Under the pieces are notes generated by a model. That model was not told the origin of the DNA. It saw only the letters and a program-made list of their open reading frames with translations, and searched no databases. A stretch of DNA of 64,000 nucleotides from Selaginella moellendorffii (Eukaryota > Plantae > Lycopodiophyta). The stretch covers positions 248,001-312,000 of the forward strand of contig NW_003314295.1 in assembly GCF_000143415.4 (NCBI RefSeq), read 5' to 3'. Every line of letters begins with the position of its first letter. The first letter of the stretch is position 1. Below, piece by piece: positions 25,100 through 38,338 of the stretch. Position numbers and translations under genes: made by a program.

Positions 25100-25320
25100 T
25101 GTAAGACATAAATCCCTAAGCTCTAAAGTGGGGCCGAAAGAATGCCACATGATAGTGGCCAAAGTGGAATTTCAACGAGTGTAACATGTTTGGACTAAAA
25201 GCTCTAACTCAAAAAGTTAAGAGCAGGAGTGGAACTCCTAACTAATTGCTTAAAGAACGAGTATAAAGTAATCAATAAGTGAGTCTCTAGAAAGGGATAC
25301 AAGATGGACACACAGTTGAA
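25100..25320 (+). mobile_element. Degenerate 5' part of an LTR (family B)
   Basis: TGTAAGACATAAATCCCTAAGCTCTAAAGTGGGGCCGAAAG is homologous to the reverse complement of 31980-32023. Confidence 0.65.
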
Positions 25321-26048
25321 TAATCAAACTCAGTTGATGGTAGTATTCATAGCTTGTGATATAGCTCCTCTTGTTTTTGTTACAAATCTTCATATTGAAT
25401 AGAGTTTTTTCATGGGAATCTTAGGGATGATATATACCATTGGTTTAATCACTATATAGTGATTACCACTTATCATTCTTAAAATGATGCTTGCCATTTA
25501 TGTGAGTTTCCCATGTGTTTTTAAGGGATAGCATTGCAATGGGACAATAGTTTAAGTGTAACCACTCATGCAAATTGGAGCTTTCTCTTGAATTTTTTCA
25601 AATGTGCATTTATGTATGCTAATGATTATGATGATACCTTCCAACAATTATATTGTCTTTATCAATGGCCGCCTAAATTAATAATACAATTTAGCATTCG
25701 CTTCTAAAGTTTCTTGTTTTGTGTGGAGCCAAATATGTTAGGAGGGAGCAAGTTAAGAATGTTGTGGCTGGAGCAAGTGCATGCAAAAGTCCCACAAGAT
25801 TTTGACAAAGTGTTGTGTTGATAATACTCTTTATTTGGTACAATATTGTGAAATATCATCTCTTCCACTTCTCATTACATGTTCTTTAGCTCCACTTTCT
25901 ATTGATTATAGCTATGATGTCCACTATTGGGCATATGATGAGGTTGGTCACACATATCAACATTGTTAGCATTTTCTAGATTAACATCCTCCATTTCCTA
26001 ACTGGAGGCTTTGGCATCAATATTAGTGTTGTTGCAATAAAAGGTTTA

Positions 26049-26625
26049 TGTAAGTAACTAAAGAGAACGACTTGAGATACTATCCATAGGGTTCAAATAT
26101 ACAAGGAAAGGGCCTATAAAAAAGAGTACACCCGTTTTTCCCATTGGTTAAGGGTTTTGGGATATTTAAGGTTAAGCATCTTTGCATTTGAGTAGTATTA
26201 GGTTGGGTGACCTCTCGAAAAGTCCAAATTCAAAATTTTATATTTAGTATTAGAGAGGTCTTGAGTCCAACTTTATTGGTTGGCTAAGGGAATTATACCA
26301 CATGTTGAGATTGATATCTGGTAGGTTCAATTTGCCTTCGACTGGGGTCGACCCGAGGGGTAGGGTGTTAAAAGAGCAAGGTTCTCAAGAGACCTACAAC
26401 TTTTATCTTCTGTTCACGAGAGCATGAACTTGTAGGAAAGCGTGATGGATTATAAGCAACCAAAAAGAATGATTAAAGAGATAATCCATAATGATTTAAA
26501 TATAAAGGGAAAAGGCCTATAAAAAAGAGTGCAAAGGTTTTGAGATATTTAGGATTAAGCATTTTTGAGTTTGAGTAGTACTAGGTTGGATGACCTCTCG
26601 AAAAGTCCAAATTTAGGAGCTTACA
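26049..26625 (+). mobile_element. Cassandra TRIM, copy 2 (older, heavily mutated)
   Basis: Two degenerate ~190-bp LTRs with the 5S-like box, a decayed PBS (TAGTATTAGAG), and an internal region homologous to copies 1 and 3. Confidence 0.88.
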
Positions 26626-28559
26626 ATCTGAATATTAAGATTCTTCTAAAAAATGAGGAATTAGGTGAATAATGGAGGGTCTTTATATAAATAAATCAAT
26701 GATCCTTTCATCCTTCTTTCTTGAGTACCATCAAGGGGTTCACTTAACACTATAAGCAATTAAATTTTTCATTCTACTTTAATCACTTAATTATGCCTTT
26801 AACTAGTCTCATGTATAACCTCCATAAATCCTCATCCTAACTTAGGGCACTTGCTAACCCCATGCGTGTTCTTATAACTACACCACCACCTAGTACTCTT
26901 TTTATCTTTTGCCACTAAATTGCCTTATTGCAACTAGAGAAAATTCCCACTCCCACTTTTATTCATACTCCTACTCCTCTTCCTACTCCCACTCCTACTC
27001 CCTTATTGCAGCTATGGGCATCTTGAGAGAGGGAGAGGGAATATTTTAATTCTCAAAATATTCATATAAAAACCACAAATATCAAAGGTTTTGCATTTTG
27101 TGTCTTAAGCTAAAGTATGAAGAGAGAGAGAGCTTAGGACATGAACAGAGCCATAGAGAGGAGGAGGATCAAGATGTCATACCTTAACATGGTAAACCCA
27201 GTATAACACATATCTTCTTTCTTTCTGGAGCATTTCTTGATTGATGGAAAGGATCTATGGGATTTGGAGTGGCAATCTTGGAGAGGGTAGGCTAGGAGTG
27301 GTAGGACTACCCCTATAGAGAGATTTCTGAGTGTTGGAGTGAGATTTCATCTTCTTGAAGTTGTGGCATGCAATGCCAGTTTTTAGTGGGGTTTTCTCCT
27401 TCGTCTTTGACCCATTTGAGGGGCTCTTTTTTTGGGTATGTAGATCTCAGGCTTTTCCTTCCATCGAGTATAAGCACTTGTGATCTAATGAAGAAATGGA
27501 GTTTTAGTGATTTTTCTTTCAGTTTTTATTCCTCTTCCTACATCTATATTTTTTCAATCTAAGCTTGAATCCTAGGAAGAGATTGTACCAATTTGTTTGA
27601 TGGGCTCCTAAATCTTTCTAATAGCTATCCAAAGAGTGGTTTGTTGGAGGCCAATTCGTTGAGAGCTATAACATATATGCATTTTTCTTTTAGCGTGCGA
27701 ACACAATTCACTATGGAAGCTTTGCAAAGTGAGAATTCTCCATCTTTGTAAAATCTTGTTTCTAAGTGGTCTTAAGACATGGATAGAGCTATCCATTATC
27801 CAAATTTGTGCATTTCCATCATTTTTTTTTAATCACACTTTAGTTTCTTTCTTCCCCACACTATAACAATTTTTGAGTGCCAATTTCTTGAGTGTCTAAA
27901 TCTTATTTTCACTGTCGTTTGTTGTATCGTGTGTGCTTTGCTTTGCTCTTCCTTTTGAGTCATCACTTCAATATTTTCATGGAGTTTTGAGCCAAATTCA
28001 AGTCATTTTCTCTAGTATCGTATGATAAACGAAGTTGCATACCTCTCTAACACATAAAGTTCTTACCTTTCTTGCAATTTCTTACATCAGGATAGTAAAT
28101 CCCTTTGTGATATCTTATTTTTGTGTTGTATCATCTAATTTGATGTCTAATTTCATGAAATCTTATTGTTCTTCACTAACTTTCATCCTTGTTTGAGTGT
28201 GATTATTATTCTTAAGATTTTTTTTCCCATCTTGCACTTTGCTTTTGCAAATCTTTGTGTGAGGATGATCTAGCTTTTTAGGGTGACATTAAGCCACTTT
28301 CCAGGTGATTCCAAGAGTTTTTAATAGAAAAGCACAACACTTGTTTCTTTTAGAGATACCTTAACATTTTCACACCTCTTGGAATTTTATTTTGGAATTT
28401 GCAACATTCATGACCATTTATTTTGGTTATAAGCTTTGCTTAGGTGTTTGAGGATGATTCAACTTGCTAGATTGGGTGCATCACTTCATAGCATTTACCA
28501 TATTTAGGCATTTGCAGTGATTCAAACATTTTATGCTAGTGATAACACGTTCATAATCA

Positions 28560-30261
28560 CCTAGAGGATCAATTTGGAAGGCACTAGTCTCCATTCTTAA
28601 AGGCAAGTTTTCACATTTAAGGCAAGAGTTTGATTTCCATAGATTCATATCGAATGAGGAGGATTTACTAAATCCAACAGATGCTTTGACTAGGGATTTG
28701 CAGCAACTAGTAGAGACAGTTAATCCAATTTATATCCTACAGCAGGGTGTGGATTTACCTTCACACTAAGAGCTTCACCAATACAGATTCATATAGTAAA
28801 ATTTGAGGTTTTTTATGACTTAAATGGAATCACGATGGATGCAGGCAAGCGCAACCACTTTCTTCGATTGATGCATGGATAAGCTCGAGTTTGGGTAGAG
28901 TCATTCTTGGATATAGAGCGGGAATGATATATAGAGGTGAAGAGACTCTTCCTCAAGATGTTTAGATAGGAGAAGGATCTTCAACAACTTCACACCGAGT
29001 TCTTTTCTTTCCTGCAAACACAACATGAGTTTGTCATTGAGTATATTTGGCGGTTCAAGAAGCACTGGAAGCTATGCCTCACTTAGATCCCAGACCTAAC
29101 AGAGATAATCGTGGTTACCACCTTTGTCTAAGGGCTAAAGCCACTCATCTAATGCAAACTTCTCAAGTATAAGCATATTGAGTGTTGTTCAAATTTTGAG
29201 CATGCCAAGAAGGTTGAGAAGGAGCTTTGCCTCATTCTAGGTGTCTCCTAAGTTGCCCAATCTCCATCCAGCCACCTCCTCAAGCATCTGATTGCAACAG
29301 TTTCTCACCAATCTACACCCAAAGTTGTGAAAGAGAAATAGCCACTAGCATTGGAATCTGCTATTACTGAATTTCGCTAGTACAAAAACCTCCTTGAGTG
29401 TCAATAACAAGCTCTCTTGCAACAGCAACAACAATAGACTACCATTCTTGAGGAACTTAAGGCATTGAGATTTTAGCAAATAGAAACAGCATTGAGATGA
29501 CCCTATCATTGGTGTACCCATTGTGAGGCTAGTACACACTCAACAAAATAGTGCTATCACCTCCATCTAGAGCTTTAACTTCCAAGGAGCCAATGTGTCC
29601 AGGAGCATCCATTTGTTGGTAACTTTGCACTTCAACCATCTCAATAAAGAGCACGACTTAGCTGTTAACAAGTACTAGGTCCAACCATCACATACAAGTT
29701 GCCTTTTAAGTTCGCATTTGTTGGCTCCCCTATAGTTGATGTTGGACCTTCTTAGCTTGACAGCACATCTTCTCCGGGCTTGGCTAATACATCTTCCATG
29801 ACTCCTACCACATCTTCATCTCTTCTGACATACATCATGCAATAGCTATTATGTAGCTCAGTCACCCTTTTACTCGGACAACTTTTACGATCAGTCCCAA
29901 GAGTTGGATAGCAGTTAGAAACTCTTGCATAGTCCAACAAACCTTTTCTTCATGCTAGAGAGGAGATCCACATCATGGATACCACAACAACATAAGATCT
30001 AGGAGCTTTTATACAATTAGTCACATTGGGAGATATTGTCATAGCAGAAGCACTCTTGGATTCAGGATCAGGGAGTAATGCCATCTCTTTGGCATTGGCA
30101 AAGTCTGCTGGGTTCCAGATCAAGAACAACACAATCATCATCCTCAAAACCTTTGCAAACCGTACTGTGATCCCTATGGGTATATGTTGCAAAGTGCCTA
30201 TATCAATCCTAGGGATCTCATCATTGGTGGATTTTGTGGTGGTGCATTTCCAGTATGTAAA
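28560..30261 (+). pseudogene. Decayed retrotransposon gag-protease, cut off by the LTR at 30262
   Basis: CCHC-like WCTHCEASTHSTK*C at ~29510-29555; aspartic protease ALLDSGSGSNAI...PMGICCKVPI...VDFVVV at 30040-30245. Confidence 0.72.
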
Positions 30262-32023
30262 TGTAAGCAACTACATTTTTCCATTCTACTTTAATCATTT
30301 AACCACACCTCCAACCACTTGAAGGAGTCTTATTCACAACCTCCATAAGTCCCACTCAGGACTTGGGGCTTGCTAGCCCCGAGAATGGCCACTCAACTTT
30401 TGCACTTAGTCCTAGTGCTCCACGTGACCGGTCCCATGACCAACACCCCAAGGCACCACCAACATACCAGCCTGTTACGCTAGGCTATGCCCAATCACCT
30501 TGGTCACATCGGTGGTCCCACACCTCCTGCATTGCAATCCCGTCTCTCCAAGACTGGGCCATCCGTCCATGAGTGGTCATCCCAAATCCACTCTTTAGCA
30601 TCCTTAGGATGCCCGCAGACATGGGGAATAACTTTCCCCAATATCTCCTTTCTGGTCCCCACCAAGTCCCTTTCTGTCCTTGGCCATGTTCGCTAACACT
30701 GCCACTGGATCAGGGCCCACAGGCCCGACCACTAAGTCCCACGGTCCTCTGGGACTTCCTCACTGCACGACTGTATCCTTGGTCACTACACCAGAGGACT
30801 ACTCTTCTTCCTTTCCACAGTCTGGGCCTTTGGGACAACATTTCGGAACACCGTGGCCTTACTCAAGCCTCGTGGGTACTCTCCCTGCCTTCCGCCTTTG
30901 GGTGCTCTAGCCATAGGCTTAGAGCGAGGTTCCGTTAAGCCACACCAGGTATCCAAGTAGGTAGTGCCACCCACACTTAGACTGGGAGCATCGGCCAGTC
31001 GATCTCCCGGGGGAACTAGAGCCGGCTCTTGAACACTTCACCAAGCTACCCCGCTTGTCGGTCCGTATTCACTCTAGTCTTGGACTTCCCAGTGGTCAGT
31101 TCATCACCCAACACTGGATCTAGCCTTCCTGGGCCAAACTGGCCTTTCTTGGCCAAACTGGCTCTACTATAGTCCTCCCCCTTACTATACTTTTGGAGCT
31201 CACCAAACCCCCTAGGGTCTGGGAGATGAACGCTTTGGGCTTTCACCCTCTCAGACTCAAACTCAAACTCGGACTCGGACTCGGACTCAGACTTGGACTC
31301 GGACTCAGACTCGGACTCGGACTTGGACTCAGACTCGAGCTTGCTCTCGGCCTCGGCCTCGGTCGCGGCCTCGGTCCTGGTCTCAGTCTCGGTCCCGGTC
31401 TCGGTCTTGGTCTCGGTCTCGGTCTCGGTCTCGGTCCCGGTCTCAGTCCCTGTCCCGGTCTCAGTCCCGGTCCCGGTCTCAGTCCCGGTCTCGGTCTCGA
31501 CCTCGGACTCCATCTCAGATTCCATCTTGGGTCCATCTCAGACTCCATCTCAGACTCCGTCTCGGACTCCATCTTGGGTCCATATCGGACTCCATCTTGG
31601 GTCCATATCGGACTCCATCTCGGATTCCATCTCGGGTCCATCTCGGACTCCATCTCGGACTCCGTCACGGACTCCATCTCGGACTCCGTCATGGACTCCA
31701 TTTCGGACTCTATCTTGGGTCCATCTTGGACTCCATTTCGAACTCCACCTCTGACTCCAACCCGGGTCCATCTTGGACTTCTTTCTCGGACACTTCCACG
31801 TGTCATGTGTTGGTCCTTTTGGGTCTCTTTTTGGAGCCTCGCTTATTGCTCGCTTCATGCTCGTTCTTTGAGCACTCCGTTGGGAGTTCCACTCCCGCTC
31901 TCAACCTTTCAAGTCGGAGCCTTTTAGTCCAAACGTGTTACGCTCGTTTGGCTTTTGCTTCGGCCACTACCACGTGGCACCCTTTCGGCTCCACTTTTGG
32001 GGCTTAGGGATTTGTGTCTCACA
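30262..32023 (-). mobile_element. Long LTR (family B), about 1.76 kb
   Basis: Minus strand starts TGTGAGA and ends GCTTACA, and is preceded by the PPT-like TATGGGTGGTGGAGT (32024-32038). Its end is homologous to 26750-26860. Confidence 0.72.
31255..31770 (-). repeat. Hexamer/12-mer tandem array (GAGTCC, GAGACC, GAGATG, GGACCC) inside the LTR
   Basis: Directly visible periodicity with successive sub-arrays. Confidence 0.92.
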
Positions 32024-33069
32024 ACTCCACCACCCATAGACGAAGTTCGATGTCCTCATTGAATGGTAAACCCTTTTATAAAGTAACACCCGCAAGTATT
32101 ATCATTTCCATCCTTGGCACCCAGCCAATACTTGTCTATGGTTTGACCCCGAAGGCTCACCATGCCTTGTCCATCTTCTAAGGGGCATAGTCTCTCCAAC
32201 ATAGAGACTCATTTGGCCACCTGGGGTGGTTTGCTCCCTTTTATTGGTTCAGTTCTCGCTAAACCCGTTAGAGACACCTTCTCTAACTCAATTCTACTAC
32301 TCATTCTAGAGTAGTCCCAACTTCTATTGACATAACCAATTCACCTTGGAACTTTTAATTTTGACTTCTCGAAGTCAATTTCTTTGGTGTCTTTGACACC
32401 TTTCACTGCACATATTGTGCAACTTCACTTCCCATCCTAGGAAGCTCCCCACTTGAGGGCGCCATCGTCCTCCTTTCTATTTTATGCCACTTTTGGCACC
32501 AAGTTCCAACCATCGTAAGTTGTGCTAGAGCTATCCACGGCCCTATCCTTTGGCTACTTCGCCGCTCCTTCCCTTGGAGCTTTCACCTTTGCCAACTTGG
32601 AGCATTTGGGAATCCATCCTTGGAAGCACACTTCCTTTCTCACAATCCATTAGCATCTAACACACTAGTGTTCCATGCCTAACTTTGCCATTTGGATTCC
32701 TTTCAATGAACTCTATGGCCCACACTTGGCCACTAGTCTTTTGGTTTTATCCATTGATTGTTGCACTGAGCAACATAGGATCACTACCTCCATTCTTGAG
32801 GTATCCTTTTGGTTCCATGGCAAAGGCTCTACTTTGCTAAGTCCAACGGGTGCTCACCCTTAGTAGGTCTCTTTAGCAATTTTTGCTCTGAGCTTCGTCC
32901 ACAGCCCAATTTTGCGACCCTTCCATGGGTCTCTCCCCGAGACTACTTTCTTGGACTTACTATACCATCGTATTGGCACAATTGATTTCCCTTTAGGTGC
33001 CCTTCTCACTTGGTCACCTCGACCAAGTCACACCATTATCAATAGTTCAAATCAACACTTTGAACTAGG
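32024..33069 (-). mobile_element. Decayed 3' internal region of a Gypsy element (integrase tail, possible chromodomain remnant)
   Basis: Abuts the PPT and LTR; weak GP-type and W..Y..E..W patterns only. Confidence 0.45.
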
Positions 33070-33519
33070 TGTAAGGAACCAACTTGCCAAGGTGTCGTAG
33101 GCTAAAGGAACCCCGAAAGCATGACCAAAATGACAAAGAGTTCATCGGATGGGACCAAGTCAAAGATCGAATCCAAGACCGACTCTAGGACCGAGTTCGA
33201 GATAGAGTCCGGAATCGAGTCCAAGACCGACTCGGGGACCGAGTTCGAGTCCGAGTTCAAGACCGAGTTCGAGACGGAGTCCGAGATCCGAAATCGGGTC
33301 CGAGACCGAGTCCGAGGTCGAGTCCGAGGTCGGGTCCGAGATCGGGTCCGAGATCGAGTCCGAGATCAAGTCCGAGACCAAATCCGAAGTTGAATCCGAA
33401 ATCGGATCCGAGATCAAGCCAAAGACTAAGTCCAAATACTAATACGGGTCAAGGGGTGAAAGCCCAAAGCGTGCGTCTCCCAGGGGGGACTTTGGGGCCT
33501 AGGGATTTTGTGTCTCACA
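33070..33519 (+). mobile_element. Chimeric LTR fragment: family A head joined to an inverted family B head
   Basis: 33070-33488 matches 6514-6918; 33489-33519 matches the plus-strand sequence at ~31993-32023. Confidence 0.75.
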
Positions 33520-35080
33520 TGGCAATTAGAGAAGCTAGCAATTCCATCTTTAAGAGAAAGAGGGTAATCCATGAGTTGCATTCCATTACTTTCAAGAACA
33601 ATATTAGCAAAGATCATTACATGTCTAGGGTGGAAGCTATGGAGTACATGTTGAGCTATGCCCAAGTAGAAAAAGAGGATGCATGACATTAAGGATGCAA
33701 AAGTAGATCCTATGAAGCTTTTGAAACTTTAGATTTGTTTAAATAGAGAACAAAAGAATTCACCTATCTATACAAAATAGAAGCACTTACAAAGAACATA
33801 AGCAATTGGAGTTTATGTAAATGCTGCATGGAGGCATTTGCATAGTAGCTACATATGGATGTCAACATACTTAAATATGGATCAAACTCCAAATTTTATG
33901 TATTTTTGCTCTCAACTAATGTGAATAAACAACCTTACTCCTCAATAGTGTTCACCTTTGTATAAAACAGGGGTGTATTTCCATATTTAGAGCCTACACA
34001 TCGCTTTATTAAGTAGTACATCTATATATTTGTTCTACAGATAAAATTGAGATGTAAAATGAAAACTGAATCTAGTGGTGCTCATAATATTAATTCATGC
34101 TTATAAACAAAATAAATTACCCCATTAAAATTACCTTTTCTTCTTCTTCTTTTTAGTATTGTAGCCTATATGCTATGCATGCTTGTCTAGTCATTTGCAA
34201 ACTTGATGATGTGTGTAGCAGCCAGAAGTAAAAGCCACAATCACATAGTCAACTTGCAAGAGTTTATAAATGAAAAATACTTTTAAAACTATAGGGAAAA
34301 CCATTACATTTTGGCAATATATTGCATTATTCTAGATTCTCAAGAACTACCTATATTGTCAAGCCTTGTGTGAAAGGGATGGAGTGTGTTCCTATACTTG
34401 ATGCTAATCACATATACTTTCAACAACCTTGAGTGTAAAAAGCATCTCTTCCTTGTAAAGCTCTCTTGCCTGATTAGTAAAGATATATCATCAAGTTCTC
34501 TATAAAGTGTAAACACTACATTGCCATAAATAATAATCATCTATATCAATGCTTGGTTCACACTTGTGTTTCTCTAGGTCCTATAACAAGTTCACCTAGG
34601 TAAACAAAGGTTATATGAGTTAATAGGACTGTAATCTTGATTTTGTGTCTAAATGAAAAGCTCCTCGACCTTTCCAAATGAGCTATATAATCATTTATCA
34701 AGATGTTGAAAGTTTCCTAGTTCAGAATGTAAAAAGCCTCTTACATCTAGTTCTTAGCATCTTTTATATTCAAGTTTTTCTTATAAACATCAATCAAAAG
34801 ATTGTAATAGCCATGATTTATCTGGAAAGTCATGCTTTACATCACCCACAACACAAATAATTATAAAAAAGAAAGATTCATAAAAGTTGCAATGGAAGAA
34901 CACTACAACCTATGTAACAAGACTTCTTTCAATATAGAACTTGTGCCAGAAAACCTGTTGCTATCTATACAAGAAAGATCAAAGTTCAAGAGAAGAGAAG
35001 AAAAATAAGAGAAAAGAAGAAGAGAAAAAACAAAAAAAGAAAAGCAAGGTGTTTATACATAAGTGGATGTTCTCTAAGTA
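33520..35080. repeat. AT-rich dispersed repeat, copy 1 (unclassified non-autonomous element)
   Basis: Collinear similarity with 39350-41495 and 58510-60185, e.g. TGTCTAGGGTGGAAGCTATGGAGTACATGTTGAGCTATGCCCAAG. Confidence 0.85.
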
Positions 35081-35083
35081 GCT

Positions 35084-36128
35084 GTCTGGATTCGGAACCA
35101 CCACATGCCGATCGAACCGACCAGGACGGACAAGCGCCTTGTCGAGAGATTCGGGGAAGTTCGTAGCCGCGATCACTATGATGCCTTCGTTTTGCTTGAA
35201 ACCGTCCAGCTCCACCAACAGCTGGTTCAGTGTGCTTCTTCGCAGCTGCGAATAAGTCCCGCACTCGCCAAGCACCAACTCCGACGAACATTTCCTCGAA
35301 CTCGCTCCCGCTGCAATAGAAAAACGGTACCACTGCTTCACCAGCAATTGCCAGAGCCAGCATCTCTTTCCTGTTCCAGGAGGCCCAACCAGAAGGACGC
35401 CTTTCGGTAGCTTGCCACCTAGACGGGTAAATTTCTGCAAAGAAGCAACCGAGACTGGAGTTACAAACCGGAGAAACACGAAAGAAAAATAGATAAAGCA
35501 ATGACCTTTGGATCCCAAAGATGGCGAACAATCTCCTCCAACTCCGCTTTGGCTTCGTCGACTCTTTTCACGTCACTGCACTTGGTATTAGACTCCAAGC
35601 TTGGCTGTACCTCCTCATTGAGACCCAGCCCTGCCAGGAACCAGGGGCGTGAGTAAGACCTCCTTTCCTATACAGACAAGGATGCCAGTTCAACACGTAG
35701 GCAAGACCTTAAAACAAACGCATCCATGCATTGCAAGCCATGCTCTACGATGCTTACCTTTGCTGAGGCCCTTGTCCTTGACAATGGCCCCAACGCCAGA
35801 GAGAAGTAGAAAGCCCAGAGCCAAGGTTCGAACAGTCCGCCACACTTGAACTCTAAAACGTCCTTCGAACGTGACCATGTGGATTGGCGCACTGGGAGAG
35901 CCCAAAATTCCATCTTTCGTGGCTGTTCCTACTGCTGGAAACGCCGAAGACATGATCGGTCGCGCCTCAGCTTGAAAACTTCCTAGCGATGCAGTTGCTC
36001 CTACACGGTTTAAAAGAAAAAAGGAGGATCAGATCTGATAAAGAAAGAGTTACAGCGTTTACCTCTTTGCAGCGTTTTCAACAAGGCACTGTCATCGAGC
36101 CTATCGACCTTGACGAGAGCTTTGAGAT
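35084..36128 (-). pseudogene. FTSH4: Mitochondrial ATP-dependent zinc metalloprotease FtsH4 fragment A
   Basis: [82 protein letters not shown]. Introns are retained; frameshifts, a Walker B deletion, and no protease domain. Confidence 0.9.
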
Positions 36129-36408
36129 AGCATCAAGCAATTGAACCAACTGCTGCTCTAGAGTCAAAGGAGGAGATTGCGGATCAGCCATGAAGATGAA
36201 TGAAAAAAGAAAGAGCAAAGGAAGAGAAATGACAAAAAGCTGGAAAGAAATGGTAGATCTAGACAATGCAAAAAGCTAGATCTAAACCAAAATCCTAAAA
36301 GGAAAGAACAGAAGAAAAGAAATGGAAAAAGCTAGATCTAGACAATGCAAAAGCTAAATCTAAACCGAAATCCCAAATCCAAGCACTCCCCAGGGACAAT
36401 CAAAGGTG

Positions 36409-36600
36409 CCCCTCACCTCCACCAATGTGAGTGCATGGAATATAGAAAGGGAATACAGAAATGTGCATATCAATTAGCCCAAAAACCTTAGCTTATATAC
36501 AGGAGCGAGTGGTCCGAATTGAAACCAATCCGACGGTTACCAAAATCCCACTATGCTAATATTAGTATACGGCATCGTAGCTGTACACTTGGCCCTCACA
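36409..36600 (-). mobile_element. Short 175-bp LTR (36426-36600) with adjacent PBS
   Basis: Minus strand reads TGTGAG...CTCACA (6-bp terminal inverted repeat), then TTGGTGGAGGTGAGGGG, complementary to a tRNA 3' end ...CUCCACCA (tRNA-Ala-like). Partial copies lie near 37950, 51570 and 55600-55640. Confidence 0.7.
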
Positions 36601-38122
36601 CCTCAATTTTAAAAAATTAAAAATATAATAGCATTTTGATCCACATTTTCTTCTATATAACCTAGAGTTTTGGACTAATATAAATATACATATTATACAT
36701 AGGAGATGAAGGGCAATGTTAAGAGTAATTGGATTTATTTATTTATTTTTATTTAACTTTTGCATTGTTTAGATTTCTTTTGTTCTTGTAAATGTTCCAT
36801 TTCTTTTTTATTGCTCTCTTTCATCAAGAGGTTCATTTAATACCTATTTAACCACTTTCTAAGTTTTTTTTATAATAAAAGGTCTATCCTTTTTTGTATT
36901 TCCTTATACGAATTTAAACTTATCTTTCATTGCTCTGTCTGTTACCATATCTTATTCTCTACATTTGCATCATATGGTAAAGCTAGTTTTCACTCTCTAT
37001 AACAACAACCATATGCATATGTATAGCATAAAACAAATTTAGTTGTGTGATCATAAACTTGAGTTTAAATTGTTATGGATAGTGCTAAATCAAAATTTTA
37101 TTACATGATTTTTTCATTTGAATAATACTTTTGCAACTTTCCAGTGGATAATAGATAAATTTCTTTACAATATGCTAAAAATAACTACTAACATTATTAT
37201 TGATACTTTGATCCACTCAAAAGGGACATAATAAGAGTATATATGTCTATAATATCCAAAAGGTGTTAAATTAATTGTGTCAAATTGATTTGAAACTAAA
37301 GTAGTCTAATTGCTTGTTTGGATCCCAAGATTTATCTTGGGTATTGCATTTCTCACAAAGACATATAAGTTGATCTTGATAGACTTATAATTGAATTTGA
37401 TAGTTAGAATCAATTATAATTTCCCATTTATTTGTGCTAATAGTGTTTTACTTAATAAGGCTTTTTTGTGGTTGACTACTGCTAATCCAACTATTTAACC
37501 CATTAGTAGAAGTTGCATTTGTATTTGTTGTTAGATATTTTTTGTCAAATGGTGTTCCAAAGAGAGTGGATCAAATAATGATCCCACACATATGGTTGAA
37601 GCATTTTACATCTTAATATCTCAACTAAGGAGACACTACATCATTGTGTGTTAATAATTAATAAAATGATGGTTTCATGGAATAAATCATTATGACCTTC
37701 AAAGGGATGATTGCAAAATATATAAAATTTCAATATTTAAATTGGGATGCTTATTTATTATCTTTCTAGCTTGTATATATATTATAGGTATACTCATAAA
37801 TTTGTATTGCTAATATAGTTATTTTATATTTACAATTGCCACAAGTTGATAATGTTAGGTTTTGGGATTAGTATTTAACAAGCATTTTTCCATTGGTCCA
37901 AGTGAAGTTTTTAAACACTTAAACTACATATAAATTTCTATTGTATTTGAGTAGAAAGTGGTCCAAATTGAATCCAATCCAGTATTTATTAAAGTTTCAC
38001 TACATTCATGATAATATACAATAATATAACTCCTTTCAGAAGGATAGTCAATACTAGAAGAATATAAAGAGAAGGCACTAGTGCATCCATAGATAATATA
38101 ATTTATTCATGATCCTTTTGTA

Positions 38123-38338
38123 AAGTGCTTTAATTGTTACATATATATAATTTCTGAAAGATTGGTTTCCTGAATGTCATGTTGAATCTTATTAACTTAT
38201 AACTCAACTTGTTATAATACTTGATAATCCAAGTGCTTTAATTGTTACATATATATAATTTATGAAAGATTGGTTTCCTGAATGTCATGTTGAATATTAT
38301 AAACTTATAACTCAACTTGTTATAATACTTGATAATCC
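38123..38338. repeat. 108-bp direct tandem duplication
   Basis: Two near-identical units starting AAGTGCTTTAATTGTTAC at 38123 and 38231. Confidence 0.9.

Noticed and set aside
23600-26040. 5' LTR/PBS of the intron-containing Gypsy
   Set aside because: No match to 17946-18212 or a PBS could be found by eye; left unassigned.
31255-31770. CRISPR-like array
   Set aside because: Contiguous 6-12-bp units without unique spacers, in eukaryotic DNA.
30262-33519. Complete LTR element with TSD
   Set aside because: The flanks (GTAAA versus TGGCA) do not match, and the putative 5' LTR is only ~30 bp.
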